NCBI GenBank assembly: GCA_035272625.1
Contig: DATEQN010000045.1
Coordinates: 5,918-69,917, forward strand
Length of the DNA: 64,000 nucleotides
Source of the DNA: Terriglobales bacterium
GTDB lineage: Bacteria > Acidobacteriota > Terriglobia > Terriglobales > Acidobacteriaceae
Reading direction: 5' to 3'
The notes under the pieces were generated by a model. It ran no database searches. It was given only the letters and a program-made list of their open reading frames with translations, and had not been told where the DNA came from. Positions 10,023 through 19,619 of this stretch are shown here, piece by piece; position 1 is the stretch's first letter; each line of letters begins with the position of its first letter. Both the position numbers and the translations under genes were made by a program.

Positions 10023-13000
10023 GTGCGCGATGCTATGAGGGGTTCCGGTCTTCGCTTTCTGGTGGTCAAGGGCAGGCTGCGCCCGGAGTTCGTCTTCCAG
10101 TTCCTTTTCTTGCTTCATGTCTTCGTGTTTCACCCGCATTTGTTGCGGGGGCAGGCGGTTGCGCCAGCGGTTGGAGGGCTCACGATTCATGGCGTCGTGA
10201 AGTCGGGGAATATGCCAATTCCCGGTGCTGGAGTTTCCGCGACGAACGCGGCCACCAAGGAACAAGTCAATACTTCTACGGATGTGGACGGCAGTTACTC
10301 GTTGCGGGTTCCCGCCGATGGGCACTACACGCTGCGGGTACAGATGGCGGCATTTGCCGCTGGCGCGCAGCAAGTGGTGCTCGACGCAACCCATCAGGGC
10401 GCGCAGGCGAATTTTGAAATGGTGCTGCTGTCGCGGGCGCACGAGGCACGCAACGACAACGACAAAGAGAAAGACCAGCAGCGTCGTGCGAATCTGGGCG
10501 GACGTGGCTTCCAGAATCTTTCCGTGTTTCAGAGTGAAGCGGGGCAAGATGCAGCCAGTGGTTCGGGGGGCAGTTCGATGACCGACGTAGCGCCCGCCGG
10601 CATGCCGGTTCCGGGGATTGCACCGGGCAGTGCAACAGAATCTGTGGCGGTTTCGGGCAACACTTCCAATTCGTTCAATGCGATGAGCGCTGACGAAATG
10701 CAGCAGCGCTTTAACGATGCCCGCCAGCAAGGAGGAGGATTCGGAGGTGGCGGCGGATTTGGCGGTCCGGGGGGTGGTCGCGGCGGCGGAGGGTTCGGTG
10801 GCGGAGGAGGATTTGGCCGGCGGGGTTTCGACATCAATCGCCCGCATGGATCGTTATATTACGGCGTCGGCGATTCGGCGCTGAATGCATCGCCGTTTGC
10901 GCTCACCGGCCAGCCGACGGAAAAACCGGCGTATTTGCAGAACAGTTTCGGCGGTTCCGTGGGCGGCCCGCTGAACATTCCCCATATCTACCACGGCGGG
11001 ACTAAGACTTTTTACTTCATCAACTTCAATGGCAAGCACGGGGAAAATCCCTTCGATCAGTTTTCGACGGTGCCGACGGTGCTGGAGCGGCAGGGAGACT
11101 TTTCCGGGATCGACTACACTTCGGGGCCCGCAAAAGGACAACCAATACAGCTTTTCAATCCGCTGACCAACGTCCCTTACGCTAACCCGATTCCGATCAA
11201 CTCGGCGGCGCAAGGGTTGCTGAACTATATTCCGCTGCCGAACTTGCCCGGCAACTTTCAAAACTTCCACTTCGTAACGTCCGCCAATAGCGACAGCGAC
11301 GATCTGAACATACGTTTGAACCACAGCTTCGGCGCAGCGCCCGCGGGCGGACGCCGGGGCGGGGGTGGAGGCCGCAACGCTCCGCGCAACAGCCTGCAGA
11401 TCGGCTTCCACTACCATCAATCGAGGGCCACTCTGACGAATCCATTTCCAAGCGTGGGCGGCAGTACGACGGTTCGCAGCTTTGATATTCCCGTGTCCTA
11501 CACGCGCAGCATTGGAAAGCTGACCAACATTGTTCGCGCCGACTTTAACCGCAACCGGACGCGCACGCAAAATCTGTACGCCTTCAGCAATGACATTACG
11601 AGCACCCTGGGAATCACGGGAGTCTCAACCAATCCGTTCGATTGGGGACTGCCGGATCTTTCCTTCACAAACTTCGCCAATCTTCAGGACACGACTCCGC
11701 AGCTCAACCGAAGCCAGACCTATACTTTCTCCGACAATGTGATCTGGAATCACGGCAAGCACACCTGGCGCTGGGGTGGAGACTTCCGGCGCGTACAGGT
11801 GAATACCGATACTGACAGCAACCCGCGCGGCTCGTTCGTCTTCACGGGCGTCAACACTTCGGAGATGAGTGGTGGCCAACCCGTGCCCGGGACCGGATAT
11901 GACTTTGCCGACTTTTTGCTCGGATACCCGCAGCAGACTTCCGAGCAGTTTGGAGAAGGTAACCACTTCCGCGGCAACTACTGGGACTTGTATGCGCAAG
12001 ATGAGTGGAAGATGCGTGCGAATCTGACGCTCAATCTCGGAGTGCGCTACGAATACGTTTCGCCGCTCACGGAAGTGAACAATCGCATTGTGAACCTCGA
12101 CCTGTCTCCCGGGTTGCTAACTCAAACGCCGCCGCTGGGCGTGACGGCGATTCAGCCGGGGCAAGCGGGACCGTACAGCGGCAGCCTACCGGACAGCCTG
12201 GCGCGTCCGGATCGCAACAACTTTGCGCCCCGCGTCGGCTTTGCGTGGAAGCCGCTTCCCAATACCGTGGTCCGCGGCAGTTATGGTATCAACTACAATA
12301 CGGGCGCGTATCAGGGCATCGCGCAGCAACTTGCCTTGCAGCCGCCGTGCGCCACCGCGGCGACGAACGTTCAAACGGCACCTGAAGAACTGACGCTGAA
12401 AACCGGATTCTTCCCTCCGCCTAGCGGCACTCAATGCGGAGTGCCCCTGCCTGCCGGCAGCCCGATCACCAATAGCTACGCCGTGAATCCGAATTACCGG
12501 TTGGGCTATGTGCAGATTCGCAATCTGGACATTCAACAGCAGATTCGACCCACCCTGCTGCTGAATCTCGACTACACCGGAACCAAGGGAACGAATCTCG
12601 ATATTTTGGAAGCGCCAAACCGAACCGCCAGCCAGATTCTTATTTCCGGCGTTGACGCCTTCACCTATGAAAGTTCTGTGGCGGATTCCGAGGCCAACGC
12701 GGTATCGGTGCGGCTGCGCAAGCGCTTGTCGGCAGGATTCTCAATCGGCGGCACCTACACGTTTTCCAAGTCGCTCGATGACGCTTCTTCCATCGGCGCG
12801 GGAGCAACCTCGGGGGCGAATACTCCCGGACTGGGCGCGGGCGGCACGGGCGCGGGCGGAGGGGGCGGTTCGTCGGGCGGAGGTGCGGCCAACGTGGCGC
12901 AGAATCCGCTCGATCTGTCCGCGGAGCGCGGGCTTTCCAGCTTCAACCAAACCCATAGATTCACCGCGGACTATTTGTATGAGCTACCCTTTGGGCACGA

Positions 13001-13493
13001 CAAGCGTTGGCTCACCGGAAATTCTCCGTGGCGCGCGATTTTTGGCGACTGGCAATGGAGCGGCGATTGGACGATCGCATCGGGGCTGCCGTTCACGCCG
13101 CGGCTGCTGAATAACACGTGTGACGTGAATGGGGGAACGAACGGAACCCTGCGGCCGAACTTGGTTCCCGGGCAATCGGTGAGCCTGGCGCATCCTTCGA
13201 TCGCGGAGTGGTTCAATACCGCCGCATTCGTCGCGCCGACCGGTTGCACCTATGGCGATGCGCGCCGCAACAGCATCATCGGCCCGGGGAGCAAAGTGTT
13301 TGATATGGCATTCACAAAAATCTTTCCCCTGAAGGAAGCGCGGATGCTGGAGTTCCGGGCGCAGGCGACTAACATTTTCAACCTGGTGAATTATTCGTCG
13401 ATTGATACGAACGTGACCTCGCCCACCTTTGGCCGGGTCACGGCGGCGGGGGCCATGCGACAGTTCACGATTACGTCACGCTTTCGCTTTTGA
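10023..13493 (+). CDS. TonB-dependent receptor-like outer membrane protein with N-terminal carboxypeptidase regulatory-like domain
   Basis: 1156-aa ORF with a signal-like N-terminus and a CarboxypepD_reg-like segment (GVVKSGNMPIPGAGVSATNAATKEQVNTSTDVDGSYSLRVPADGHYTLRV). It has Gly-rich tracts and a beta-barrel C-terminus ending TSRFRF. First ATG at 10035. Confidence 0.8.
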   Translation: MRDAMRGSGLRFLVVKGRLRPEFVFQFLFLLHVFVFHPHLLRGQAVAPAVGGLTIHGVVKSGNMPIPGAGVSATNAATKEQVNTSTDVDGSYSLRVPADGHYTLRVQMAAFAAGAQQVVLDATHQGAQANFEMVLLSRAHEARNDNDKEKDQQRRANLGGRGFQNLSVFQSEAGQDAASGSGGSSMTDVAPAGMPVPGIAPGSATESVAVSGNTSNSFNAMSADEMQQRFNDARQQGGGFGGGGGFGGPGGGRGGGGFGGGGGFGRRGFDINRPHGSLYYGVGDSALNASPFALTGQPTEKPAYLQNSFGGSVGGPLNIPHIYHGGTKTFYFINFNGKHGENPFDQFSTVPTVLERQGDFSGIDYTSGPAKGQPIQLFNPLTNVPYANPIPINSAAQGLLNYIPLPNLPGNFQNFHFVTSANSDSDDLNIRLNHSFGAAPAGGRRGGGGGRNAPRNSLQIGFHYHQSRATLTNPFPSVGGSTTVRSFDIPVSYTRSIGKLTNIVRADFNRNRTRTQNLYAFSNDITSTLGITGVSTNPFDWGLPDLSFTNFANLQDTTPQLNRSQTYTFSDNVIWNHGKHTWRWGGDFRRVQVNTDTDSNPRGSFVFTGVNTSEMSGGQPVPGTGYDFADFLLGYPQQTSEQFGEGNHFRGNYWDLYAQDEWKMRANLTLNLGVRYEYVSPLTEVNNRIVNLDLSPGLLTQTPPLGVTAIQPGQAGPYSGSLPDSLARPDRNNFAPRVGFAWKPLPNTVVRGSYGINYNTGAYQGIAQQLALQPPCATAATNVQTAPEELTLKTGFFPPPSGTQCGVPLPAGSPITNSYAVNPNYRLGYVQIRNLDIQQQIRPTLLLNLDYTGTKGTNLDILEAPNRTASQILISGVDAFTYESSVADSEANAVSVRLRKRLSAGFSIGGTYTFSKSLDDASSIGAGATSGANTPGLGAGGTGAGGGGGSSGGGAANVAQNPLDLSAERGLSSFNQTHRFTADYLYELPFGHDKRWLTGNSPWRAIFGDWQWSGDWTIASGLPFTPRLLNNTCDVNGGTNGTLRPNLVPGQSVSLAHPSIAEWFNTAAFVAPTGCTYGDARRNSIIGPGSKVFDMAFTKIFPLKEARMLEFRAQATNIFNLVNYSSIDTNVTSPTFGRVTAAGAMRQFTITSRFRF

Positions 13494-13567
13494 GGAGGAT
13501 GCTGCTGGCGGGGCAGAGCCCCCGCCTCTACACAATTACTCCGGGAAACGTTTTAGTGAGGATCGCC

Positions 13568-15685
13568 ATGACTCTTACTTCAAGCCGATTTGCCGACCAA
13601 GCTGTCGCAGCTTTGCTAGTGCTCGTGCTCTCGTGCATTGCGTCGCCTGCGCAGCAGCCAACGGAGTATGTGTTTCACGCCGAATCGGATCTCGTGCTGG
13701 TGAATGTGACAGTTAGGGACAAGACCGGAAAGTTTGTTCCGGGGATGAAACCGGAAAACTTCACGATTCTCGAAGACAACAAGCCGCAGAAGATTGTTTC
13801 CTTCGATGTGGAGAACGTCGATGCCGTGCCCGCGTTGGATGTAGCGCAGGCGAAGCCCCTGCCGGAGGCGGCATCTGGACAGACAGGTCCGGCGACTTCC
13901 GCGGCAGATGCGGCGGCCATGTTCAAAGATCGGCGCCTGATTGTCTTGTTCTTCGATCTCTCCGCCATGGAACCGGACGAAATCGACCGCGCGGTTACCT
14001 CAGCCGAACACTATCTCGATACCCAAATGTTGCCCGCGGACCTGGTGTCGATTGTTTCGCTGGGCAGTTCACTGCTGGTGAATCAGGACTTCACTACGGA
14101 TCGCGCGCTGCTGAAAAAACAGTTGGACGGGTTCAGTTCGGGTAGCGGCCAAGGCTTCGAGGAAGGCACCACCGGCACGACCGAGGGGACGCCCGACACC
14201 GGCCAGCCGTTTACCGCCGACGATACGGAATACAACATCTTCAACACCGACCGGCGGCTGGAGGCGTTGCGATCGGTGGCGGAAAAACTGGCGTACGTTC
14301 AGCAGAAGAAATCGCTGATTTATTTTTCCAGCGGCATGAACCGCACCGGCATCGAGAATCAATCCGAACTGCGCGCGGCGGTCAACGCGGCGGTGCGCGC
14401 CAACCTGGCGATCTACACCATGGACATGCGCGGCCTGCAGGCGCTGGTGGCGGGCGGAGAAGCGCAGAACGCCAGCCTGCGCGGTGTTTCGGCGTATTCC
14501 GGGCAGGCCACACTCAACGCGCTGAATTCCAATTTCACCACGCAGGAGACGCTGGTAACCCTGGCCAGCGATACCGGGGGACGCGCTTTTCTCGACTCCA
14601 ATGACTTCAGCAAAATCTTCAAGGGAGTGCAGCAGGACACCTCGACTTACTACCTGCTGGGCTATCACAGCACGAACCCCGCGCGCGACGGGCGGTACCG
14701 GCACATCGTCGTGAAGAGCAACGTTCCCGGAGTGAAGATCGACTACCGTCGCGGTTATTACGCGCCCGCCGATTACAAGCATTCCACCCAGGACGATAAG
14801 GAGCGGCAGCTTGAGGAGGAGCTTGCATCTGAGTTGCCGGCGACAGATTTGCCTCTGTATCTGGGCGTCTCCTACTTTCGACTGGACGGCAACAAGTTTT
14901 TCGTCCCCATCTCGCTGGTGGTGCCGGGCTCGCAGATTCCATTTGTCCGCAGCAGCGACCGCGACAAGGCAACGCTGGACGTGATTGGAATGGTGCAGGA
15001 TAACGAACGCTACCCCTTGAACAGAATTCGCGATACCGTGAAACTCGCGGTGAGCACCTCGGCCGAGGTGCAAAAAAAAAATGTGCAGTATGACACCGGG
15101 ATGAGCCTGCTAAGCGGCAAGTATCACCTGAAATTTGTCGTGCGCGAGAATCAGACCGGCCGCATGGGATCGTTCGAAACCGACATTGAAGTGCCGGAGT
15201 TAAAGGCACTGCCGCTGAAGATGAGTTCGGTAGTGCTGGCGAGTCAGACTCAAACGGTAAAAACAAAGAAGAGTGTGGACCTGAACCCGCTGGTGCATGA
15301 CGGTTCCGAGATTATTCCCAACATCACGCATGTTTTCTCGGCCACGCAGCACCTGCTTCTTTATTTTGAGGTGTACGATCCGGCCCGGCCGACTGTCGCA
15401 GATTCTGCGAGAGGCGAGAACAACAAGCCCGGCATCCGCCTTTTGTCGAACGTCGCCTTCTTCCAGGGAAAAGCCAAAGCCTACGAAAGCTCCTTGATCG
15501 AGTTGACGGAATTGAACGCACGAGAACGCAAGGCTGCCGTCTTCCAGTTGGACGTGCCGCTGACATCGCTCAAACCCGGTTTTTACACGTGCCAGGTAAA
15601 TGTGATTGATGACGCCGGCGGGCACTTCCTGTTTCCGCGGCTTGCCTTGTTGATCCGGCAAGAGAGTTCGAGCGCCGCACGCTGA
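13568..15685 (+). CDS. VWA domain-containing protein (TIGR03436-like acidobacterial VWFA-related family)
   Basis: Signal peptide MTLTSSRFADQAVAALLVLVLSCIASPAQQ, followed by FHAESDLVLVNVTVRDKTGKFVPGMKPENFTILEDNKPQKIVSF. GAGGA lies 6 nt upstream of ATG 13568. The longest ORF opens at 13490. Confidence 0.75.
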   Translation: MTLTSSRFADQAVAALLVLVLSCIASPAQQPTEYVFHAESDLVLVNVTVRDKTGKFVPGMKPENFTILEDNKPQKIVSFDVENVDAVPALDVAQAKPLPEAASGQTGPATSAADAAAMFKDRRLIVLFFDLSAMEPDEIDRAVTSAEHYLDTQMLPADLVSIVSLGSSLLVNQDFTTDRALLKKQLDGFSSGSGQGFEEGTTGTTEGTPDTGQPFTADDTEYNIFNTDRRLEALRSVAEKLAYVQQKKSLIYFSSGMNRTGIENQSELRAAVNAAVRANLAIYTMDMRGLQALVAGGEAQNASLRGVSAYSGQATLNALNSNFTTQETLVTLASDTGGRAFLDSNDFSKIFKGVQQDTSTYYLLGYHSTNPARDGRYRHIVVKSNVPGVKIDYRRGYYAPADYKHSTQDDKERQLEEELASELPATDLPLYLGVSYFRLDGNKFFVPISLVVPGSQIPFVRSSDRDKATLDVIGMVQDNERYPLNRIRDTVKLAVSTSAEVQKKNVQYDTGMSLLSGKYHLKFVVRENQTGRMGSFETDIEVPELKALPLKMSSVVLASQTQTVKTKKSVDLNPLVHDGSEIIPNITHVFSATQHLLLYFEVYDPARPTVADSARGENNKPGIRLLSNVAFFQGKAKAYESSLIELTELNARERKAAVFQLDVPLTSLKPGFYTCQVNVIDDAGGHFLFPRLALLIRQESSSAAR

Positions 15686-16067
15686 AAGCACAAATCTAAG
15701 TTGGGTTGTCCTGTTTCTGCCGTTTTGCTATCCCTGCTCACGATTCTTTCTACGCCTCTTCCTTGCGCCATACTGCGCGCTCTTGTTCACTTTTCGCGAT
15801 TTCGGTTTGCGTCCCAGAATAATATCCAGTTCATTCGCCAGCGGGCAGTCGCAAAAGCCGAACAGCACGCTGTAGAGTAATTGGCTGGCAGATCTCTTCT
15901 AAGACCGTTTTGCCCTTTTGTTGTTCGTACCATCGAGCTAACCATGTTCCAGCATCATGCGCCTCTGTGAGGGGCGTGACAAAAGTCATCGCAGCCTCGC
16001 TGTGATCCGCTAATCTCAAAACATCAAGCGTGGCCGGAAGCATATCGCCGGCTCGCAGGAGGATGCG

Positions 16068-16799
16068 ATGAGCGTTATAACCGAAAAGACCGTACGAGAG
16101 TTAGCCCTGGAAAACCCGGCAGCCACAAGAGTGTTTGAAAAGCTGGGCATCGACTATTGCTGCGGCGGCAACAAATCGCTCGCAGAGGCTTGCCTCGCCG
16201 CGAAGCTGAACACGAACCAGGTACTGGATTCCCTGGAGATGGCCGAGGAGTCGGCGCGTGCCGTGCAAGAAGAGCATAACTGGCAGACAGAGGCTCTTGC
16301 TGACCTGATCGCGCACGTCAAGACCACTCACCACAAGTACACCCGCGAGGAGATTGCCCGTCTCGGTCCTCTCTTCGATAAGGTTTGCTCTGTGCACGGG
16401 AAGAACCATCCCGAGCTCCTGCAGATTCGTGGAATTTTCCAAGGGCTCGCCCAGGAATTGACCACTCACCTGATGAAGGAAGAGATGGTGCTGTTTCCGT
16501 ACGTGGTAAGGATGGAAGAGGCCACGATTGCAAAGGAACCGATCGTGCCTGCGCCGTTTGGTACCGTGCAGAACCCAGTTTCCATGATGGAGCACGAGCA
16601 CGATTCCGCCGGGAATGCGTTGCGTGGTATGCGTGAGGCCAGTAACGGCTATTCCGCTCCGGCCGACGCCTGCGTGAGCTACCAGACACTCTACAAGGCC
16701 CTGGCTGCCTTTGAGACTGACCTTCACCAGCACATCCATCTCGAAAACAACATCCTGTTTCCGCGCGCGGTCGCGATGGAAAAGGCTCGCTGCCAGTAG
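16068..16799 (+). CDS. ytfE: Iron-sulfur cluster repair di-iron protein (RIC/YtfE/ScdA family)
   Basis: ScdA_N-type N-terminus (VFEKLGIDYCCGGNKSLAEAC) followed by hemerythrin-like His/Glu motifs (HHKYTREE, MEHEHD, HIHLENNILF). AGGAGGA precedes the ATG. Confidence 0.85.
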   Translation: MSVITEKTVRELALENPAATRVFEKLGIDYCCGGNKSLAEACLAAKLNTNQVLDSLEMAEESARAVQEEHNWQTEALADLIAHVKTTHHKYTREEIARLGPLFDKVCSVHGKNHPELLQIRGIFQGLAQELTTHLMKEEMVLFPYVVRMEEATIAKEPIVPAPFGTVQNPVSMMEHEHDSAGNALRGMREASNGYSAPADACVSYQTLYKALAAFETDLHQHIHLENNILFPRAVAMEKARCQ

Positions 16800-16879
16800 T
16801 GGATTTCATGCCTGCATTGCCTGGCGGCGAACATCCGAGAGAACCTGGAGCGCATTAACGGTTGAAATCAAAAAAGATC

Positions 16880-16969
16880 TGGCGGAGAGGGAGGGATTCG
16901 AACCCCCGATACCCTTTCGGGTATGCCGGTTTTCAAGACCGGAGCCATCAACCACTCGGCCACCTCTCC
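16880..16969 (-). tRNA. tRNA-Ser (anticodon UGA), encoded CCA
   Basis: The reverse complement reads GGAGAGGTGGCCGAGTGGTTGATGGCTCCGGTCTTGAAAACCGGCATACCCGAAAGGGTATCGGGGGTTCGAATCCCTCCCTCTCCGCCA. It has a 7-bp acceptor stem, anticodon loop CTTGAAA, a long variable arm and a GGTTCGAATCC T-loop. Confidence 0.9.
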
Positions 16970-17035
16970 GGAACTACTACAGTTTTACTACACTCTTCGG
17001 GGTTGCATGAAGCAGCGGATGGGATTCGCCGCAAG

Positions 17036-18088
17036 TTATTTTGTTCCGTTTGGATACACGAGTATCTTGCTGGCTTCGCCCGTCTTCAGGCGCGCCATCG
17101 CTTTGGAAAAATCCTTCATTGGGATGCGGTCGGTGATTACGGGATGAAGATCGAGGCGTCCGCTCTTCAGCAATGCGGTCATCTGATACCACGTTTGGTA
17201 CATTCGGCGGCCGTTGATGCCTTGAATAGTGAGGCCTTTGAAGATGATGTCTTCGGAAAAATTGAGTGGGATGGGTTTCGAAGTGAGGCCGAGGAGCGAG
17301 ATGCGTCCACCGCGGCGGACGATGTCGAAGGCAGTTCGGATGGCGTCGGGGTGGCCTGCCATTTCGAGGACCACGTCCACGCCGAGGCCTCCAGTTTTTC
17401 CGGCGACAATGGCACGAACGTCTTCTTTGGACGGATCGAGCGCGTAATCGGCTTTCATTTTGGTCGCGAGCTTGCGCCGGTGTTCGTTAACTTCGATCGC
17501 GAAGATGGTGGTTGCGCCCACCGCTCGCGCCACTGCGATCGAGAACAGTCCAATAGGGCCGCACCCGGTGATGGCGACAGTTTTCGCGGCGATTTCTCCG
17601 GCCAGCACGGTGTGTACGGCGTTGCCCAGCGGATCGAGGATGGAAGCGTACTCCTGTGGAATCGCGGGATCGAGCTTCCAGATATTCGACTCGGGGATGA
17701 CGACGTACTCGGCAAACGCTCCGTTGGTGTCGACGCCGATAATTTTCACATTCTGGCAGATGTGGGCTTCACCGGTGCGGCATTGCAGGCACTTGCCACA
17801 GGCCACATGCATTTCGGCGGATACGAAGTCGCCTTCCTTGACGCTGGTAACCTCATCGCCGAAGGCGACCACCTCGCCGCAGAATTCGTGTCCGGGGATC
17901 AGCGGTGGGTGAATGCGTCCCTGAGCCCATCGGTCCCACTCATAAATGTGGAGATCGGTGCCGCAGATGGAGGCAACTTTGACTTTGCAGAGGACGTCAG
18001 TGCGGCCGAAGGAAGGAATTTTGACTTCGCGGATTTCCGCGCCCGGCGCGGCTTCCGGCTTGACCACTGCGAGCATGGTGCTGGGCAT
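17036..18088 (-). CDS. tdh: L-threonine 3-dehydrogenase
   Basis: 350-aa Zn-dependent MDR-family ORF. KVKVASICGTDLHIYEWDRWAQGRIHPPLIPGHEFCGEVV matches the Tdh N-terminal signature. Confidence 0.9.
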   Translation of the reverse strand: MPSTMLAVVKPEAAPGAEIREVKIPSFGRTDVLCKVKVASICGTDLHIYEWDRWAQGRIHPPLIPGHEFCGEVVAFGDEVTSVKEGDFVSAEMHVACGKCLQCRTGEAHICQNVKIIGVDTNGAFAEYVVIPESNIWKLDPAIPQEYASILDPLGNAVHTVLAGEIAAKTVAITGCGPIGLFSIAVARAVGATTIFAIEVNEHRRKLATKMKADYALDPSKEDVRAIVAGKTGGLGVDVVLEMAGHPDAIRTAFDIVRRGGRISLLGLTSKPIPLNFSEDIIFKGLTIQGINGRRMYQTWYQMTALLKSGRLDLHPVITDRIPMKDFSKAMARLKTGEASKILVYPNGTK

Positions 18089-18150
18089 GGAAGCCCCCTT
18101 ATAAGTACGGACTAGAAGAGCAAACGGTCTATTCTAGCACCGGGGACTGC

Positions 18151-18615
18151 TTACTTGCCGATAGTCGTGCCCTGCCCGGCGACCTGACACCATTGACCAT
18201 CACGTTTCACGAAGATGTCGGTTTGGCGCGAGCGGCGGCTCTTGACCTGCCCGTTATCCCGAACTCTGATGGTGAACTCCGCGTTAGAGACAGCCGTGTC
18301 GCCGTAGATGCGGATTACGAGATCCGCCGGTTCCATCTCCATGACGATGATTTTGCGGTGGACGTCGCGCAGACTCGCCAGCGCCTCGTCCTTACTTTCG
18401 ACTTGCCCGTTATCGCGGGTGTGCAGGTAATCGAATGCAAGATGTCTTGCGTATTCATCCCAGTCGCCGCGCACGATCAGTTCTGCCAGCCTCAACTCCA
18501 GAGCTTTGATTTCGCCTTCTGCGACGGGATTTGCGTCGGCGTGCACGTCCGCCTGCTGCGCGGTTAGGGCGATGCTCAAAGCCAGAAGAAGTGTGATTGT
18601 GAATATCTTTCGCAT
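18151..18615 (-). CDS. Secreted DUF4440 / SnoaL-like (NTF2 superfamily) protein
   Basis: 154 aa with signal peptide MRKIFTITLLLALSIALTAQQ. NTF2-like pattern (WDEYARHLAFDYLHT ... DIFVKRDGQWCQVAGQGT). Confidence 0.6.
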   Translation of the reverse strand: MRKIFTITLLLALSIALTAQQADVHADANPVAEGEIKALELRLAELIVRGDWDEYARHLAFDYLHTRDNGQVESKDEALASLRDVHRKIIVMEMEPADLVIRIYGDTAVSNAEFTIRVRDNGQVKSRRSRQTDIFVKRDGQWCQVAGQGTTIGK

Positions 18616-18664
18616 ATCCAGTCCCCGGATTCTTTGCGGTCAACTTGCCGATTCGAGATCGCAG

Positions 18665-19228
18665 CTACGTTTTGTACGTACCGCGAGAATGCGTTTTCGG
18701 GCTCGCAGTCTTGTAGTTTTCGGATTTTCCACGCGGAATGCTGAGCGTCTGCCATTTTGAAGAGCGCAGGTGTTTTGCGAGGAAGACGATTTGTCCAATA
18801 TGTTGCGCGTAGTGGGCGAGCGCGCGGTTAAGCGCCTGCATCACCGTATGCGACTCCTGGCGGATGGTCACAGTGCGCTGCAGGTCTTCGGGCTTGAGTG
18901 CGTCCAGCGTGGAAAGCACATGCGACCACGACTGCTCCCACCAGCGCATCACTTCTTCGCGCGTAGTCTTTTCCGAGATTTCAAATTCCCGATCGCGGAA
19001 ACGGTCCGGCTTCTCGCCATCGCTGGTGAGGAAGTCGGTAAACCGCGAGCGTGCGTTGCCGGCGATGTGCTTGACCAGGGCCGCAACGGAATTCGATTCG
19101 GGATCGAGCGCCACGAAGAAATCCCGGTCTTCAAGCTGCGCCATGGCAGCTTCGCCCATGCGCTTGTGGCCGCGGAACTGGCGCTTGATTTCTTCGAGGT
19201 AGTGGGTAGCCAGGTCAGTCATAGGCAT
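18665..19228 (-). CDS. DinB-like / DUF1572 family protein
   Basis: MPMTDLATHYLEEIKRQFRGHKRMGEAAMAQL ... HIAGNARSRFTDFLTSDGEKPDRFRDREFE resembles the four-helix-bundle DinB/DUF1572 family. Start moved to ATG 19228 (or 19222); the longest ORF opens at 19336. Confidence 0.65.
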   Translation of the reverse strand: MPMTDLATHYLEEIKRQFRGHKRMGEAAMAQLEDRDFFVALDPESNSVAALVKHIAGNARSRFTDFLTSDGEKPDRFRDREFEISEKTTREEVMRWWEQSWSHVLSTLDALKPEDLQRTVTIRQESHTVMQALNRALAHYAQHIGQIVFLAKHLRSSKWQTLSIPRGKSENYKTASPKTHSRGTYKT

Positions 19229-19263
19229 CCTCTGATTCGCCCTGCCAGAGTTTCCCGCAGGGT

Positions 19264-19590
19264 TCAGATGAGTCCGATATTCGATTGGGAATTGGTAACA
19301 ATCGGTTCCAATTCTAATTTGATGCCACCAATCCACCGAGCAATCAGGTTATAGACCCACGCGCCAAGAGCTCCCATAACAAACCCCATGAGTCCATAGA
19401 CGACTGGTACGAGAAGCGCCAAAAACCAGATCGCAATTCCCGCAAGCGGCTGAGAACTTTGGCTTCCAAGCAGCAGATTGATAAATCCGCCCAACAGAAA
19501 GAACGGCAGAGCAATTAGTCCAAGGCACCCGTAGATCATGCCCATCATCTGGGCGCAGGAGATAACATCTACTGAGCGCAGCGAGTACAT
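19264..19590 (-). CDS. Small integral membrane protein (about 108 aa), unknown function
   Basis: MYSLRSVDVISCAQMMGMIYGCLGLIALPFFLLGGFINLLLG... has 3 predicted hydrophobic helices. A strong RBS (AAGGAGAACT) sits directly upstream of ATG 19590. Confidence 0.5.
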   Translation of the reverse strand: MYSLRSVDVISCAQMMGMIYGCLGLIALPFFLLGGFINLLLGSQSSQPLAGIAIWFLALLVPVVYGLMGFVMGALGAWVYNLIARWIGGIKLELEPIVTNSQSNIGLI

Positions 19591-19619
19591 AGTTCTCCTT
19601 TCGCGAGAACGCTCACAAT

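Noticed and set aside
15831-16043. 70-aa minus-strand ORF divergent from ytfE, considered as a small hemerythrin-associated (DUF2249-like) protein
   Set aside because: There is no RBS and no match to the motifs I remember for DUF2249. It may be real, but I cannot support it.
16800-17035. tRNA-Ser as a possible integration hotspot for a genomic island
   Set aside because: No integrase, no direct repeat of the tRNA 3' end and no compositional break was seen on either side. The neighbours are ordinary housekeeping genes.
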